The notes beneath the pieces were generated by a model that saw only the letters and a list, made by a program, of their open reading frames with translations, ran no database searches and was not told the origin of the DNA. From assembly GCA_963752595.1 (NCBI GenBank), contig CAVVYZ010000005.1, positions 314,751 through 378,750 of the forward strand: 64,000 bases of DNA, given 5' to 3'. Source of the stretch: an uncultured delta proteobacterium (GTDB lineage: Bacteria > Desulfobacterota > Desulfomonilia > UBA1062). The position numbers and the translations under genes are program-made. Below are positions 1-9,520 of this stretch, piece by piece (within the stretch, counting starts at the first letter, position 1; every line of letters starts with the position of its first letter).

Positions 1-302
1 AGCAGGATAGGCGTAGAGGGCGACATGATGATGAGAAGGGAGCTTAAACTGAAAATCGCGACCCCCCGGATGAAGATGCGTTTTTTCCCGTAGATGTCGG
101 CAGCCCTGCCGAAGGGGAGCAGAAAAACGGCGGTTGCGATAAGGTAGGAGGTGGAGACCCAGTTCAGCGTAATCGCGTTCATGGAAAATTCCCTGGCGAT
201 GGCAGGGAGCGCGATATTGACCGAAGAGCCCATGAACGGCGTCAGGAATGACGAGAGCGATGCCACGATAAGAATGACCGACCTGTTGCCTGCCGTTTTC
301 AT
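1..302 (-). CDS. MFS transporter (DHA2/EmrB-QacA-like), N-terminal part, runs off the window
   Basis: Manual translation from the ATG at 302: MKTAGNRSVILIVASLSSFLTPFMGSSVNIALPAIAREF...LPFGRAADIYGKKRIF, containing MFS motif A. Not in the ORF track because it is truncated. Confidence 0.85.
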   Translation of the reverse strand, partial: MKTAGNRSVILIVASLSSFLTPFMGSSVNIALPAIAREFSMNAITLNWVSTSYLIATAVFLLPFGRAADIYGKKRIFIRGVAIFSLSSLLIIMSPSTPIL

Positions 303-418
303 GCCGCCGCCTCCGGAGTGCATTTCTTTCCCACAAGACCCGATGCCGGTATTCAATCACCAGAGGCAACGTAGCAGAAATGAAAGGCGAGAGGAACACC
401 CTTTTTGCCCATGAGAAG

Positions 419-1504
419 TTATCTTTTTATGACATGGACGGACGTGGCTTTGAAAGAAGCCGCCACTTCCGTACCTTCTGAAAGGCCCAGGTCCTGCAGA
501 GCCTGGTGCGTTACATGTGCAGAGAGAAGGAATCCGCAGTCGATACTCACCCGGTAGAAGAACCCCATGGGGGTGATCTTTTCGATCCTGCCCGAAAATA
601 CATTCCTCGCACTCGACCTGGACAAGGAGGTATCGATGGTAACCTGCTCGGGCCGGATGAAGCACATCACCCGCCTGCCCGTCTCAAAGCCGCCGACAGC
701 CCTGATAACGATCCCATCCACCGAGATGTCGAGGAGCCCGTCGTTCGATCCGCATACCGTTCCCTCGATGATGGTTTCCATGCCCACAAAGGCTGCTACG
801 GTCTCGTTCACGGGCCGGTTCATCACCGCAGCGGCATCTCCGATCTGGACAACGGATCCCCTGTCCATGACCGCGATCCTGTCGGAAAGCCGCAATGCAT
901 CCATCCGGTCGTGTGTCGCCATAACCGCGGTGATTCCCTTTTTCCGCATGACAGAGCTTAAGTCTTCGATGAGCGCTTCCTTGGTGGGAGGGTCGAGCGA
1001 GGCAAAGGGCTCGTCCAGGAAAATCATCTCGGGCTGTAGGGCGAAGGCCCTGGCCAGGCTTGTCCTCTGGGACTCTCCGCCGGAGAGTTTCCGGGCCGAT
1101 CGACCCGAAAGGTGGCCGATACCGAAGAGGGCGAGGTACTCTTCGACAATGGGATGGATCTGTTTTCCGGGATACCCGTGGAACTTCAAGCCCGAGGCAA
1201 CGTTGTCGAAAACGGACGTATCGAAAAGGAGCGGTTCCTGAAAAACCATGGTGATCTTTCTCCGGAGGCCGAGCATATCATTCCGGCCGGACAGCATGTT
1301 CCCCCGGAATCGTATCTCCCCATCATCTCTCCTGATAAGCCCTGAAAGACTCAGGAGCAGGGTGGACTTCCCGGCACCGTTTCCTCCGATGAGCGAGAGG
1401 AACTCGCCCTCGAAAATATCGAACGCGGGCACATCGAGCACCGGGACGCCCCCGCGGCTCACCTTAAGGCCTCGTACAGATAAGATGGGCCGAGTGGGGC
1501 TCAC
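419..1504 (-). CDS. tupC: Tungstate ABC transporter ATP-binding subunit with C-terminal TOBE domain
   Basis: Walker A GGNGAGKST, LSGGE signature, LDEP, C-terminal SARN...FKATSVH TOBE; overlaps tupB. Confidence 0.85.
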   Translation of the reverse strand: MSPTRPILSVRGLKVSRGGVPVLDVPAFDIFEGEFLSLIGGNGAGKSTLLLSLSGLIRRDDGEIRFRGNMLSGRNDMLGLRRKITMVFQEPLLFDTSVFDNVASGLKFHGYPGKQIHPIVEEYLALFGIGHLSGRSARKLSGGESQRTSLARAFALQPEMIFLDEPFASLDPPTKEALIEDLSSVMRKKGITAVMATHDRMDALRLSDRIAVMDRGSVVQIGDAAAVMNRPVNETVAAFVGMETIIEGTVCGSNDGLLDISVDGIVIRAVGGFETGRRVMCFIRPEQVTIDTSLSRSSARNVFSGRIEKITPMGFFYRVSIDCGFLLSAHVTHQALQDLGLSEGTEVAASFKATSVHVIKR

Positions 1505-2199
1505 CGGGGCCGCTCCCTCTGCTGGATACCGGTCAGGATTGCATTGACTATGAATGAGAACAGAAGCAGGAGGATGCCCAGGGCGATCGCGACATCGAAG
1601 TTGCCCCTGCCTGTCTCCATGACCGTGGCTGTCGTGAGCACCCGTGTATAGCCCTTGATGTTTCCGCCCACCATGATGGAGGCACCGACCTCGGAGATCA
1701 CGCTGCCGAACCCTGCCATGACCGCGGCGAGGAGCGGGAGCCTCGCCTCCCTGATGAGCATGACGACCATCTGGAAGCGTGACGCGCCGAGCGCCAGGAT
1801 CTGGAGCCTCAGGTTTTCCGGCAGTTTCTGCATGGCAGCCAGGCTCACGCCCATGATGATGGGCGTGGCGATGACTGCCTGGGCGATGATGATGGCCGTC
1901 GGCGTATAGAGAACTCCGAGAAAACCCAGGGGGCCGTTACGCCACAGGAAGATGGTGACGAAAAGGCCCACGACAACGGGGGGCAGCCCCATGCCAGTGT
2001 TGATGAGGCTGATCACGAACCTCCTCCCGGGGAACCGGTTCAGCGCCACGACCGTGCCCACGGATACCCCGAGGAAGAGGCTGATCAGGGTCGCAGTTCC
2101 CGATATCTTCAAGGAAAGGAGCGTGATCCCCATCACCTCCGGATCGAAGGTGAACAGGAGTTGAAACGCCTTCTTGATGCCTTCGAGGATCAGCTCCAT
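1501..2199 (-). CDS. tupB: Tungstate ABC transporter permease
   Basis: Hydrophobic; MGLPPVVVGL, SEVGA..VGGNIKGYTRVLTTA typical of TupB. Confidence 0.9.
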   Translation of the reverse strand: MELILEGIKKAFQLLFTFDPEVMGITLLSLKISGTATLISLFLGVSVGTVVALNRFPGRRFVISLINTGMGLPPVVVGLFVTIFLWRNGPLGFLGVLYTPTAIIIAQAVIATPIIMGVSLAAMQKLPENLRLQILALGASRFQMVVMLIREARLPLLAAVMAGFGSVISEVGASIMVGGNIKGYTRVLTTATVMETGRGNFDVAIALGILLLLFSFIVNAILTGIQQRERPR

Positions 2200-2205
2200 A
2201 TCACC

Positions 2206-3075
2206 CTACAGTCCTAGGTCTTTCGGGTTTTTGCCCGCATCCGGGAAGAAGAGAGGGGACCCGAACTTGTCCACGCCGAAGGTCCCGATGATCTTCTGGA
2301 CCTTGTCCGATATCATGAAGTCTGCAAATGCCTTACCGCCCTGAACATTGATCTTGTCGAACTTCTTGGGATTGACCTCGATGACATGGTAGATATTGAG
2401 GAGCTTGCTGTCTCCCTCCACGAGGATGGCAAGCCCCAGGTTCTTTTTCAGCGCGAGGTAGGTGCCGCGGTCGGCAAGGGTATACCCCTTCTTCTCGGCG
2501 GCCACGTTCAGGGTCTGGCCCATGCCGAGCCCGGTCTGCTGATACCACTTCTGTCCCTCGGGATTGACGCCGGAGGCCTTCCAGAGGTCTTTTTCCTTGG
2601 CGTGAGTGCCGGAATTGTCGCCGCGGGACATGAAAAGCGAGCCTGTTGATGCTATCTTGGCGCATGCTTCCTTGGCGGACTTCATTCCCTTGATCCCTGC
2701 CGGGTCCGATGCCGGGCCTACGATGACGAAGTCGTTATGCATCACGAGCCTGCGGTTCACCCCATTGCCTTCTTCCATGAAATTTTTCTCAGCAGCCGGA
2801 GAATGGACCAGCAGGACATCCGCCTCGCCTTTCGCGCCCATGGCCATGGCCTGGCCGGACCCGACGGCAATGGTCTTTAAGAAAAACCCTGTCTGCTTCT
2901 CGAAAATCGGGGTGAGCACATCTAAGAGACCGGAATCCTGGGTGCTTGTGGTAGTGGCCAGGATTACATTCTTCTGCGCAGCAAAGAGGCTCGTTCCGCA
3001 GAGAACGAGCGAGAGTGCAACCACAAAAAGACCGGTACGGAACAACTTTTTACCCATGAATTTATTCCTCCCCAT
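2206..3075 (-). CDS. tupA: Tungstate-binding periplasmic protein
   Basis: Signal peptide, LATTTSTQDSGLLD (TTTS TupA signature), SRGDNSGTH. Confidence 0.92.
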   Translation of the reverse strand: MGRNKFMGKKLFRTGLFVVALSLVLCGTSLFAAQKNVILATTTSTQDSGLLDVLTPIFEKQTGFFLKTIAVGSGQAMAMGAKGEADVLLVHSPAAEKNFMEEGNGVNRRLVMHNDFVIVGPASDPAGIKGMKSAKEACAKIASTGSLFMSRGDNSGTHAKEKDLWKASGVNPEGQKWYQQTGLGMGQTLNVAAEKKGYTLADRGTYLALKKNLGLAILVEGDSKLLNIYHVIEVNPKKFDKINVQGGKAFADFMISDKVQKIIGTFGVDKFGSPLFFPDAGKNPKDLGL

Positions 3076-3167
3076 GTAAAATTAATTTTTTGCTTTTTCG
3101 GATTCGATCCACTGCTTTGATTCGGGCAGGAAAGAATCCAGCACTGCTGACTGAATAAGACCTTTTT

Positions 3168-4106
3168 TCATGATTCACCCTCCTTTATTTCCGGTGATGA
3201 ATACAGGATCTTGCCGGAACCGGTGAAGTCATACTCTCCGAGGTTCCGCACACGGTCCTTGAACTCAGGAGACCGGAGCATTTCGATGAGGGCCTGTACC
3301 GGTTTTTCGAAGAAGCCGGACTTTGAGACGACCATATCGAAACTTTCTGTCGTGATGGGAATGAAATCGAGATTCAGGAGCCTCGCCACTGCCACGGTCG
3401 CGATCCCCGCATCGGCCTCGCCGGAGAGAACGGCAATCCCGACATCCAGGTGGGTGGAGACTTTGCGGTCGTATCCTGCAACCGTCTCGGGTCCTATCCC
3501 TTCCCTGAGCAGGAGATGATCGAAGAGGAGCCTGATGCCCGATCCCTCCTGCCGGTTCACGAACATCCGGCCATCTTGTACCAGGTCTTTGATGCCCTTG
3601 ATCTTGAGGGGATTTCCCAGTGCAGTGAGCAGCCCCACCTCGCGGCGGAACATGTTCACCACCACAACAGGGAAGCCGGGGAGAAGGCGTTCGACATAGG
3701 GTATGTTGTACAGCCCGGTTTCAGGATCGAATAGGTGGCACCACGCGAGGTCCACATAGCCTCGTTTCAAGGCTGAAAGGCCTTCCATGCTCCCCGTGCC
3801 CGCGCTGAAAATGTAGAAGTCCGGGTGAGCTCCCCGGAGGAATGCAATGAGCACGTCGAGGACAGGGTCATTGCTCCCTGCCGCCAGCAGCGAGCCTGCA
3901 ATGTGGAGCGATTTCGCCCGCGCCTCCTTCATCCCGCTCTTGGCGCTCTTCTGGATCCAATCGTCGATGAGATTTTTCGGGAAGATCCACTTGCCCGTGA
4001 CCTTGGTGCAGGGAATCTTGTCTTCACGGATCAGGGCATAGACCTGCTTTTCGTGAATATCGAGGTATTTCGCAACCTCTTTTGTGCTCATCATATCCTG
4101 TGACAT
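3168..4106 (-). CDS. Excisionase-type HTH (HTH_17) plus PBP_like oxyanion-binding domain transcriptional regulator
   Basis: N-term MSTKEVAKYLDIHEKQVYALI...IPCTKVTGKWIF; C-term AGSND, GSMEGL, FVNRQEGSGIR as in MoeA-fused PBP domains; directly upstream of tupA. Confidence 0.82.
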   Translation of the reverse strand: MSQDMMSTKEVAKYLDIHEKQVYALIREDKIPCTKVTGKWIFPKNLIDDWIQKSAKSGMKEARAKSLHIAGSLLAAGSNDPVLDVLIAFLRGAHPDFYIFSAGTGSMEGLSALKRGYVDLAWCHLFDPETGLYNIPYVERLLPGFPVVVVNMFRREVGLLTALGNPLKIKGIKDLVQDGRMFVNRQEGSGIRLLFDHLLLREGIGPETVAGYDRKVSTHLDVGIAVLSGEADAGIATVAVARLLNLDFIPITTESFDMVVSKSGFFEKPVQALIEMLRSPEFKDRVRNLGEYDFTGSGKILYSSPEIKEGES

Positions 4107-4185
4107 TCCCTCTCCGGCTCGTATTCTTAAGCATAATACCGAGGGTTTGTCTATACCAGGTATCCAAATATGATAAAATAATTAC

Positions 4186-4206
4186 TTATATATCTTTATA
4201 TATCTT
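4186..4206. promoter_or_regulatory. Tandem 10-bp direct repeat (TTATATATCT x2) in the AT-rich promoter of the regulator-tupABC operon
   Basis: TTATATATCT at 4186-4195 and 4196-4205; operator role is inferred. Confidence 0.4.
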
Positions 4207-4254
4207 TCAATAGAACCCTTGCTTCATCTATACCGACAATCCTTTTCGGAACGA

Positions 4255-5739
4255 TCAGATATCCTGGCGGGTCCTCTTCTTCGTGAGGTTGTATTTCTCC
4301 GCCTTGAGGTAGAACGTCTTGTAGTTGAGCCCTGACTCCCTCGCAGCCTCGGCAATGACCCCGCCGTGCTTTTTCAGGAGATGCTCGAAATACTTCCGCT
4401 CGAACTGCTCAATCAGCGTGCTCTTGATGGAATGGTAGTCTGCACCGTCTCCGGCATCGACCAGGATGGTAGGCGCTTCGGTCGTATCCTCTACCGGGAT
4501 CGAGACGTACTCGTGGAGATTTTTGCCCAAGTCGGGCAGGTATTCGATCCGCTCCGTCCTGCTGGACACCATGGCCCTCTGAATCACGTTTTCCATCTCC
4601 CGGACATTGCCGGGCCAGGAATAGCCTAAAAGTTGGTTTACAGCCTCCCGCGATATCGCTGTCACCGGGGAGTTGAACTTCTTCGAGTATTTTTTTATAA
4701 AATGATCCACGAGCATCGATATGTCGTCCTTGCGCTCCCGAAGGGGCGGGATGATGATGGGAAGCACGCTGATGCGGTAGAAGAGATCCTCGCGGAACAG
4801 CTCTTTCTTGATCATGTCCTGGATCGGCCTGTTCGTTGCGCAGATGGTGCGGAAATCGAGGTCGATCTCGCGGTTGCTCCCCAGACGGGTGATCTTGCCG
4901 TCTTCCAGCACACGCAGGATCTTTGCCTGGAGATCAAGGGGGATATCGCCGATCTCATCGAGGAAGAGCGTCCCGGTGTGCGCCTTTTCGAACTTTCCGA
5001 CCCGCTGGGTTATGGCTCCGCTGAAAGCGCCCTTCTCATGCCCGAAGAACTCGGACTCGAGGAGGTTCTCCGGCACTGCCGCGCAGTTGATGGTCACAAA
5101 CGGCTTCGCCTTCCTGTCGCTGCGGGAATGGATGGAACGGGCAACGAGTTCCTTTCCCGTACCGGTCTCCCCGAGGATCAGGACGGTCAGGTTGGTATCG
5201 GAAGCAGTGATGATCTGGTCGTAGAGTTTCTGCATCTTGGGATTTGCCCCCACAAGCTCATCGAGCCCTTCGGAATACTGGCGTATCCGGCCTTTCAGCT
5301 CGATGTTCTCCTGGAGGATCTCCTGCTGGCGGATGATCTTGGTCAGGGACAGTTCCAGCGTATTCATGTTGAAGGGCTTTTCCAGGAAGTCATATGCCCC
5401 GTATTTCATAGCCTCTACAGCACCCGAGACCGATCCGAAGGCGGTAATGACCACGACATAGGTGGAAGGATACTTTTTCTGGATCTCCTTGAGCAGTGTG
5501 TATCCGTCCATCCTGGGCATCTTGATGTCGGTGATCACGATATCGTGAGGGGCGAACTGAAGCTTTTCCAGGGCATCTATCCCGTCCTGCGCCGTATCAA
5601 TTTCGAGGTCGAGGCTGGAATACAGCAGCGCCTCTTTGATCTGCTCAAGGAAGACCTGCTCGTCGTCCACGAGCAGGATTCTCTTCTTTGCTAGTGCATA
5701 TCCTTCTCTTTCGCCCGTATTGGATCGGTTCTTTTTCAT
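4255..5739 (-). CDS. Sigma-54-dependent response regulator (NtrC family; REC-AAA+-HTH)
   Basis: ILLVDDE, TDIKMPRMDG, GETGTGKELVA, GAFSGA, LFLDEIG, WPGNVRE. Confidence 0.92.
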   Translation of the reverse strand: MKKNRSNTGEREGYALAKKRILLVDDEQVFLEQIKEALLYSSLDLEIDTAQDGIDALEKLQFAPHDIVITDIKMPRMDGYTLLKEIQKKYPSTYVVVITAFGSVSGAVEAMKYGAYDFLEKPFNMNTLELSLTKIIRQQEILQENIELKGRIRQYSEGLDELVGANPKMQKLYDQIITASDTNLTVLILGETGTGKELVARSIHSRSDRKAKPFVTINCAAVPENLLESEFFGHEKGAFSGAITQRVGKFEKAHTGTLFLDEIGDIPLDLQAKILRVLEDGKITRLGSNREIDLDFRTICATNRPIQDMIKKELFREDLFYRISVLPIIIPPLRERKDDISMLVDHFIKKYSKKFNSPVTAISREAVNQLLGYSWPGNVREMENVIQRAMVSSRTERIEYLPDLGKNLHEYVSIPVEDTTEAPTILVDAGDGADYHSIKSTLIEQFERKYFEHLLKKHGGVIAEAARESGLNYKTFYLKAEKYNLTKKRTRQDI

Positions 5740-8030
5740 GTAGGATCCTCGAATCTGTGCGATGTGGACTTTTCCCCCACGGCCGGGTCCATGGGAATGC
5801 GGATGACGAAGCGGGAGCCGGAACCAGGCCTGCTGGACACTTCCACTCCCCCATGGTGCATATCGACAATCTTCTGAACCAGAGCCAATCCAAGACCGGT
5901 CCCCTTCGCTTTATTGGTGTAGAAGGGCTGGAAGATTTGCTGGAGCTCTTCCTCATCCATCCCGCAGCCGGTATCCTCGATGCTGATTTCCATGGCATCT
6001 GCAACGAATTCGAAGCCTTGGGACTTAAACGTATGGCCTGGGACATGGGATGTCGAAATACCCAGTGTACCCCCCTCAGGCATGGCATCCAAGGCGTTTT
6101 CTATGAGATTTTCAATGAGCTGCCGGATCTGTATCCCGTCGATAATGAGCGTGTCATGCTCCGCATCCAGGGAAGTCCTGATTCCGATACCCCGGGCAAT
6201 GCAGTGATCGGTCCGGTTGAACAGGAGCCCGTCAATGATGTTGCTGATGCTGTACGGCTTGGGTTTTATCTTGCCCGAGCGGGTCCATTCAAGGACCTGC
6301 GTAACGAATTTCTCCAGAGTATCGATGCCGCTCGTGACCCCTTCGAGGATCTTCGTCTGCCGTTCCTCCAGGGGATGCAGATTGCGCAGGAGCTCAATGC
6401 CCGTTTTGATCTTCTGGAGGGGATTCCTCACTTCATGGGCAACATGGGCCGACATCTCCCCCAGGATCGCCATCTTCCGGGATTTCTCCAGCTCCCTCTC
6501 CATACTCTTTTTTTCGGTGACATCGATGATGGAGACGATGCTTTGTTTGGTCCCCGGGATCAGGCCGATGGAAAGGAATGCTTCCCTGATGGTGCCATGC
6601 TTGTCCAGGAGCAGGAACTCGTATTCGGACGGCACATCCTTCTTCCCTTCTCTGCGGGCCTTGTGGTAGCCAACCATGCGATCGATATAGCCGGGGTGGA
6701 CGATCTCGGTGAAGGGCATCTTGCCCTCCATCTCGTCTCTACTGTAGCCTGTGAGCTTCTCCATCTGCCTGTTGACCAGCGATATGATGCGGTTTTCTTC
6801 CAGGAGCATGATGGCGGTTCCCGTATGCTCCACCGTGGTGCGGTACTTTGTTTCGGATGCCCGCAGTGCCTTCTGCTGGTTGCGTTTCTGGGTGATATCA
6901 CGGATGATGTTCTGGGTTGCAGGCTTCTTCTCGTATTCGATGATGGAAGGCGTAATCTCGAAGGCCTTCCATTCGCCGCCTTTCGACCTCAGGGCAATCT
7001 CATACTGTTCCGGGACCTTCTCTCCCTTTATCCTCTTTTCATACCGCGTTTCGATGAGCTCGGCGATTTCGGAGCGCATGATGTCCCGGAAGCCTAAAGC
7101 GCTCAGCTCCTCGCTCGTATACCCCAGAAGCTCCCGGAACTTCGGATTCGTATACTTGAAGCGGTGGTCCTGATAGACAAAGATCCCGTCGTTTGCTTTC
7201 TCTACCAGGATACGGTATTTCTGTTCAGAGGATTTAAGCCTCTCCTGGACTTCTTTCATAGGCCTCAAATCCCGGAAAATGCTGATCCCTGCAATGGGCT
7301 TGTCGCCCTGATAAACATAGGATGCGGACAAAGAGATGGGAATGAGCGTTCCGTCCTTGATGTATAGGGAGGTTTCCTCCGCCACCACCCGGTAGGGCTT
7401 TTCCACCGTACCCTGGTCGAGGAGCTTGAGGATGCGTCTCCGCTCTCCTTTGCCCATGAAGTCATCGATGTTGATCGTACGGGAGAGCATGACTTCGGCT
7501 TTGTAGCCGGTGATCTCCTCGGCAGCTTTGTTGAAAACGAGGGCATTGCCCTGAAGGTCCGATGCGATGATCGCATCGCTCGAGTTCTCGATGAGGCCTT
7601 TCAGGAACTGGTTGTAGGATTCGACGGCCTCGACCATCTGCCTTCTCTCGGTAATATCCCTGGCAACGTTTAAGATGGCCGGGCCGCAGCCCAAGGTAAT
7701 AACCGAGGTCGAAAGGGAGATGATGCGTTCTACGCCGAATTTGGTGACGAAGAACACATCATATCTGCCGGGGATGTCCTCCCCGCGGATCAGCCTGGCA
7801 TATCTCTCTTCAAGCCCATCGACCGCATCCGGGCGGACGACGTCACGCAGGGACTTATCATCGAGTTCACCGGAACGAAAGCCCAAGTTCCTGCGGAATG
7901 CGGGGTTTACGTAGAAAAAACTGCTGTCCTGGTAGACAAAGATCCCGGCACTGGCCTTTTCTACCATAGTCTGGAATATGGCCTTGCTGATTTTCTTTGT
8001 GCTCGTATCCTTAGCTGCAACTGGCCCCAT
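5736..8030 (-). CDS. Cytoplasmic multi-PAS sensor histidine kinase
   Basis: About four PAS repeats (ending RDITE/RDLR/RDIT/IDVTE), H-box AHEVRNPL, N box ENALDAM, DTGCG, GTGLGL; no TM segment; 4-bp overlap with the regulator. Confidence 0.92.
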   Translation of the reverse strand: MGPVAAKDTSTKKISKAIFQTMVEKASAGIFVYQDSSFFYVNPAFRRNLGFRSGELDDKSLRDVVRPDAVDGLEERYARLIRGEDIPGRYDVFFVTKFGVERIISLSTSVITLGCGPAILNVARDITERRQMVEAVESYNQFLKGLIENSSDAIIASDLQGNALVFNKAAEEITGYKAEVMLSRTINIDDFMGKGERRRILKLLDQGTVEKPYRVVAEETSLYIKDGTLIPISLSASYVYQGDKPIAGISIFRDLRPMKEVQERLKSSEQKYRILVEKANDGIFVYQDHRFKYTNPKFRELLGYTSEELSALGFRDIMRSEIAELIETRYEKRIKGEKVPEQYEIALRSKGGEWKAFEITPSIIEYEKKPATQNIIRDITQKRNQQKALRASETKYRTTVEHTGTAIMLLEENRIISLVNRQMEKLTGYSRDEMEGKMPFTEIVHPGYIDRMVGYHKARREGKKDVPSEYEFLLLDKHGTIREAFLSIGLIPGTKQSIVSIIDVTEKKSMERELEKSRKMAILGEMSAHVAHEVRNPLQKIKTGIELLRNLHPLEERQTKILEGVTSGIDTLEKFVTQVLEWTRSGKIKPKPYSISNIIDGLLFNRTDHCIARGIGIRTSLDAEHDTLIIDGIQIRQLIENLIENALDAMPEGGTLGISTSHVPGHTFKSQGFEFVADAMEISIEDTGCGMDEEELQQIFQPFYTNKAKGTGLGLALVQKIVDMHHGGVEVSSRPGSGSRFVIRIPMDPAVGEKSTSHRFEDPT

Positions 8031-8115
8031 ATAACCTTGGAAAGATACACGATATGCGAAGGTCTATCAACTAAAAAACATATATTCGAGGAATTACAAT
8101 ACGCTAGAGAAGACG

Positions 8116-8634
8116 CTATGCCTTGAATTTTCCAAAATCTTCCGGGTTCATTTTTTCCAGGATTTCTTTGAGCTTTTCCTTGTCCTGCTCAAACCCGACA
8201 ATGACTTTGCCGGCCGATTCTTTGCCGGTTTCCACGCGGATGGCTTCTTTCACGACGTGGTTTGCGACATAAATAGAGCAATTGGCCCGGAGCGCAATGG
8301 CAATGGCATCCGATGGCCTGGCATCGATGGATAGCTTGTTTCCGTTATACTCCAGCGTAATCAGGGCATAGAACACGTTGTCCCTGATATCTACCACCTC
8401 GATCTTGTCCACGTGGACCCCGAGCGTCTCGATCATTGACTTGAAAAGGTCATGAGTCATCGGCCTGGAATAGTACACCCCTTCAAGGGAGGCCGCTATG
8501 GCGCTCGCTTCCATAATGCCGATCCAGATAGGGAGAACATATTTGCCTTCAAGATCCCTCAAGACCACAATCGGGGCGTTATTCGAAGGATCCAGGGCTA
8601 TTCCGGCCACTTTCATCTCTAAGAAACCAGACAT
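8116..8634 (-). CDS. Bifunctional nuclease family protein (DUF151)
   Basis: LPIWIG..EA, RPMTHDL, IDARPSDAIAIA. Confidence 0.9.
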   Translation of the reverse strand: MSGFLEMKVAGIALDPSNNAPIVVLRDLEGKYVLPIWIGIMEASAIAASLEGVYYSRPMTHDLFKSMIETLGVHVDKIEVVDIRDNVFYALITLEYNGNKLSIDARPSDAIAIALRANCSIYVANHVVKEAIRVETGKESAGKVIVGFEQDKEKLKEILEKMNPEDFGKFKA

Positions 8635-8680
8635 GTGTCTCCCTCCTATACATTAACATTAAGATCGTGCCCCACATTAG

Positions 8681-9520
8681 TCAATACGCAAAGGTGAGGG
8701 ATTCCAGAAGCGTCTCCATATCGAAAATCCCCTGCCCGATCACGATTCCTTCTCTTTCAAGCCGTTGCCGGACCGACAGCACCAGCGGGGCGGAAATTCC
8801 GGAAGCAGCCAGGACATCGATTTGACCGATGAGGTCTTCCCGCTTGAGATCGGCAACGATCCTTGCCCGGGATATGCCGATGCAGCGGTTTATATGGGCG
8901 AGAAAGTCTTCGAGATTGTGGGTTACGATCACGACCGTTGTATCCTGAAGGGTAGCCAGAATTCTTATCAGCTCGCGCCTGCCTTCCGCATCCATCCCGG
9001 CAGTCGGCTCATCCAGGATGAGCACCTCGGGCGAAGAAAGGAGCGCGGAGGCAAGTGCGAGCTTTCTCTTTTCCCCGGAGCTTAACCGGAAGGGAGAGAT
9101 CCGCCTGAGCGCGTCGATGTCCATCCCGAACCTCCCCATCAACGCCCGCGACATCTTCTCGATCTCAGTATCATCAAGGTCGAAGAAGTTCCTCAAGGAA
9201 AAGGTGAGCTCTTCATATGCGGTCTCATGGAAGAACTGGTGCTCGGGAAACTGGAACAGCACGCCGATACGCCGCCTGATGGAAAAGAGTTTCTTCCTCT
9301 TTGTCAGTGCCCGAACGCTCAAACCGTCAAAAAGGACATCACCTCTCGAAGGGAGAACCAGGGCATCGAGGAGCTGGATCAGGGTGGTCTTGCCGGAACC
9401 TGCCGGGCCGATGATTGCTACCTTCTCACCCTGGCCAATGGTCAGGCTGATATCCTGCAGGGCCCATTCATCACCGGGGACCTCGTATTTATAGGATACA
9501 TCGAGGCATTCTATTTTCAT
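8681..9520 (-). CDS. ECF transporter ATPase (EcfA2/CbiO-like)
   Basis: GPAGSGKTT, LFQFPEHQFF, SPFRLSSGEKRK, LDEPTAGMD. Confidence 0.82.
   Translation of the reverse strand: MKIECLDVSYKYEVPGDEWALQDISLTIGQGEKVAIIGPAGSGKTTLIQLLDALVLPSRGDVLFDGLSVRALTKRKKLFSIRRRIGVLFQFPEHQFFHETAYEELTFSLRNFFDLDDTEIEKMSRALMGRFGMDIDALRRISPFRLSSGEKRKLALASALLSSPEVLILDEPTAGMDAEGRRELIRILATLQDTTVVIVTHNLEDFLAHINRCIGISRARIVADLKREDLIGQIDVLAASGISAPLVLSVRQRLEREGIVIGQGIFDMETLLESLTFAY

Noticed and set aside
5688-7097. 469-aa plus-strand ORF (also 4633-5694)
   Set aside because: Antisense shadow of the histidine kinase and sigma-54 regulator; no motifs; common in GC-rich coding DNA.
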